From positions 1 to 64,000 of the IMG/VR virus record IMGVR_UViG_3300042905_002309: DNA of 64,000 nucleotides. One strand, written 5' to 3'. Positions 62,481-64,000 of the stretch are shown in pieces. A program made the position numbers and the translations under genes. The notes under the pieces were generated by a model. That model was not told where the DNA came from, made no database searches, and saw nothing but the letters and a program-made list of their open reading frames with translations. The number at the start of each line of letters is the position of its first letter. Position 1 is the stretch's first letter. Origin of the DNA: a virus (Duplodnaviria; Heunggongvirae; Uroviricota; Caudoviricetes).

Positions 62481-63944
62481 TTACATGTAGACGTGTGCGG
62501 CCCCGGGCACAAAGGCTTCACCAAGACCCTTGACTATCAACAAGTGATAGAACATAGAGCTTCCGAAGATATGATCTACAACACCATAACGTGTAAGCAA
62601 ACCAACTCTTGGTGCAAAGTCATTAGGTCCAATTGTGCGTTGAATCATAACCGGGATGTAAGGACAGTATACCAAACCAGTGTCATAATAATCAGCACCC
62701 TTGTATCCAAGCAATGCGTATTCTACGATAGCGGTACGTTGACCCTGTTGGTACTGGGCTTCTGTACGTGTATCTCTGTAGATATTAAAACGACCACCGA
62801 CTGAACCAACCTTGGCAATACCCGTAGGCTGTGTATTGACAGTTCCATTCACTTGCATGAACTTGAACTCAGGAAGGTTTTCCAAGATTGAACACACTCT
62901 TGGTGTTGCAATAATGAAGTTAGCAGGACCACGACGATTGTTGATAGCAATACGGTTTGCTTCAATAATGATACGGGCATACAAGTCACGATTACGTTCA
63001 CCGATCCAACGGGCATCAGCAGAACCAGCGTACCAGAATGAATAACCCTTACCCTTGTTTGTAGGTCCACCAGCGGTTAAGCAGATTTGAACCATACGCA
63101 TAATCATTTCACGGTCAATTTCAGCCTGAATTTCATAACTCATTGCATTGGTCATTTCTGAGTCAATGTCAATACCGTTCATGTTCTTCAAGTCTTGTTC
63201 CAACTCAACGCTCCACTTTGCAGCTAAACGTCTTGTACCAGCTTCAACGCTTGTCTTCTCCATACTGATAGTCATCTGAGGAATCTTACCAGACATTTCG
63301 AATTGAGCAAGAAGGGCTGCTACACCAGAGTCAACTCCATTGTATGCAGGATCAAATACTCCAGCTAAACCAACTAAGCTGTTTGAGCTTACGCCAGTAT
63401 GCATAGTATTAAGATTATTCCAACCAACTTCGGTCTGACCTGAAAGTACTGTATTACTAGTACCTGTCCAAGTATTACCACCAACGCCATTAGCTGTCCA
63501 ACCAGAAGGATCACGACCATCACTATTACCCGTATATCCACCAAGACTGTTATCATCATAGCGGTAACGAAGTGCGAAAGCCAAACCAACGGGTCCACTC
63601 ATAGGCTGAACACCGACGATTTCATTAGTAATCAATTCAGGGAAAGTACGACGAATCATGGGAATTAATACTTTAGGTAAACGTGCGTCACCTGGAGCAT
63701 AATTGTCACCAGAATAAGGAGTACCCATATTTCCACCGCTACCAAATACTCCACCTTGTCCAGCGAAGCTATTTTCGGTCAAATACTTTTCTTGGTTTTC
63801 CAAAAGTACGGCTGTACTTAAACGCTTGTGAGAATCTTCCAAAGCAGGAACCTTATCGGAGCTATAGTCCAAAACGGGTTTCCACTTTTCGAGCAATTGT
63901 GTTGCTCTACTGCGATCTACATATCCACTTGCTTGTGTTATCAT
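62481..63944 (-). CDS. gp23: Major capsid protein, T4 gp23-like
   Basis: LLEKWKPVL, LLENQE, GVQPMSGPVGL.FALR, R.L.AKWS.EL.QDLK, YCPYIP, TRYG. Confidence 0.95.
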   Translation of the reverse strand: MITQASGYVDRSRATQLLEKWKPVLDYSSDKVPALEDSHKRLSTAVLLENQEKYLTENSFAGQGGVFGSGGNMGTPYSGDNYAPGDARLPKVLIPMIRRTFPELITNEIVGVQPMSGPVGLAFALRYRYDDNSLGGYTGNSDGRDPSGWTANGVGGNTWTGTSNTVLSGQTEVGWNNLNTMHTGVSSNSLVGLAGVFDPAYNGVDSGVAALLAQFEMSGKIPQMTISMEKTSVEAGTRRLAAKWSVELEQDLKNMNGIDIDSEMTNAMSYEIQAEIDREMIMRMVQICLTAGGPTNKGKGYSFWYAGSADARWIGERNRDLYARIIIEANRIAINNRRGPANFIIATPRVCSILENLPEFKFMQVNGTVNTQPTGIAKVGSVGGRFNIYRDTRTEAQYQQGQRTAIVEYALLGYKGADYYDTGLVYCPYIPVMIQRTIGPNDFAPRVGLLTRYGVVDHIFGSSMFYHLLIVKGLGEAFVPGAAHVYM

Positions 63945-64000
63945 TTTTTATTTCCTTTTTCTATTTCTAAATGTCCAAACCATTGAACATTAAATTGTTT

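Noticed and set aside
1-64000. Stop-codon reassignment or suppressor tRNAs
   Set aside because: Long genes are intact under the standard code, and no tRNA with CTA, TTA or TCA anticodon was found.

Overview
AT-rich segment of a large T4-like myophage genome, standard genetic code, mostly on the minus strand. In order: a tail-fibre-like gene; a sugar-modification operon (2-hydroxyacid dehydrogenase, B12 radical SAM, GT8, cytidylyltransferase, Maf/GT42-like transferase); very large virion genes; baseplate gp6 and gp25; clamp loader; many small accessory genes; two tRNA arrays (40.1-44.3 kb, 23 tRNAs; 52.4-54.4 kb, 15 tRNAs plus one aberrant) that together cover all 20 amino acids and are interleaved with unexplained structured RNAs; several homing-type endonucleases; a DNA methyltransferase; and the major capsid protein gp23. 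Headline: each tRNA array is preceded by a short unannotated leader ORF followed by mutually exclusive antiterminator/terminator hairpins, and each leader's codons correspond to the tRNAs of its own array. Leader 1 uses all 15 amino acids of array 1 and no L/Q/W/H. Leader 2 has 14 consecutive codons drawn only from the 7 amino acids of array 2. This suggests a ribosome-stalling attenuator that senses tRNA depletion and switches on the matching replacement tRNAs. Both arrays also carry an rRNA-operon-like boxB/boxA leader and a long-range leader-trailer helix. All structures and family calls were made by eye; no database searches were run.
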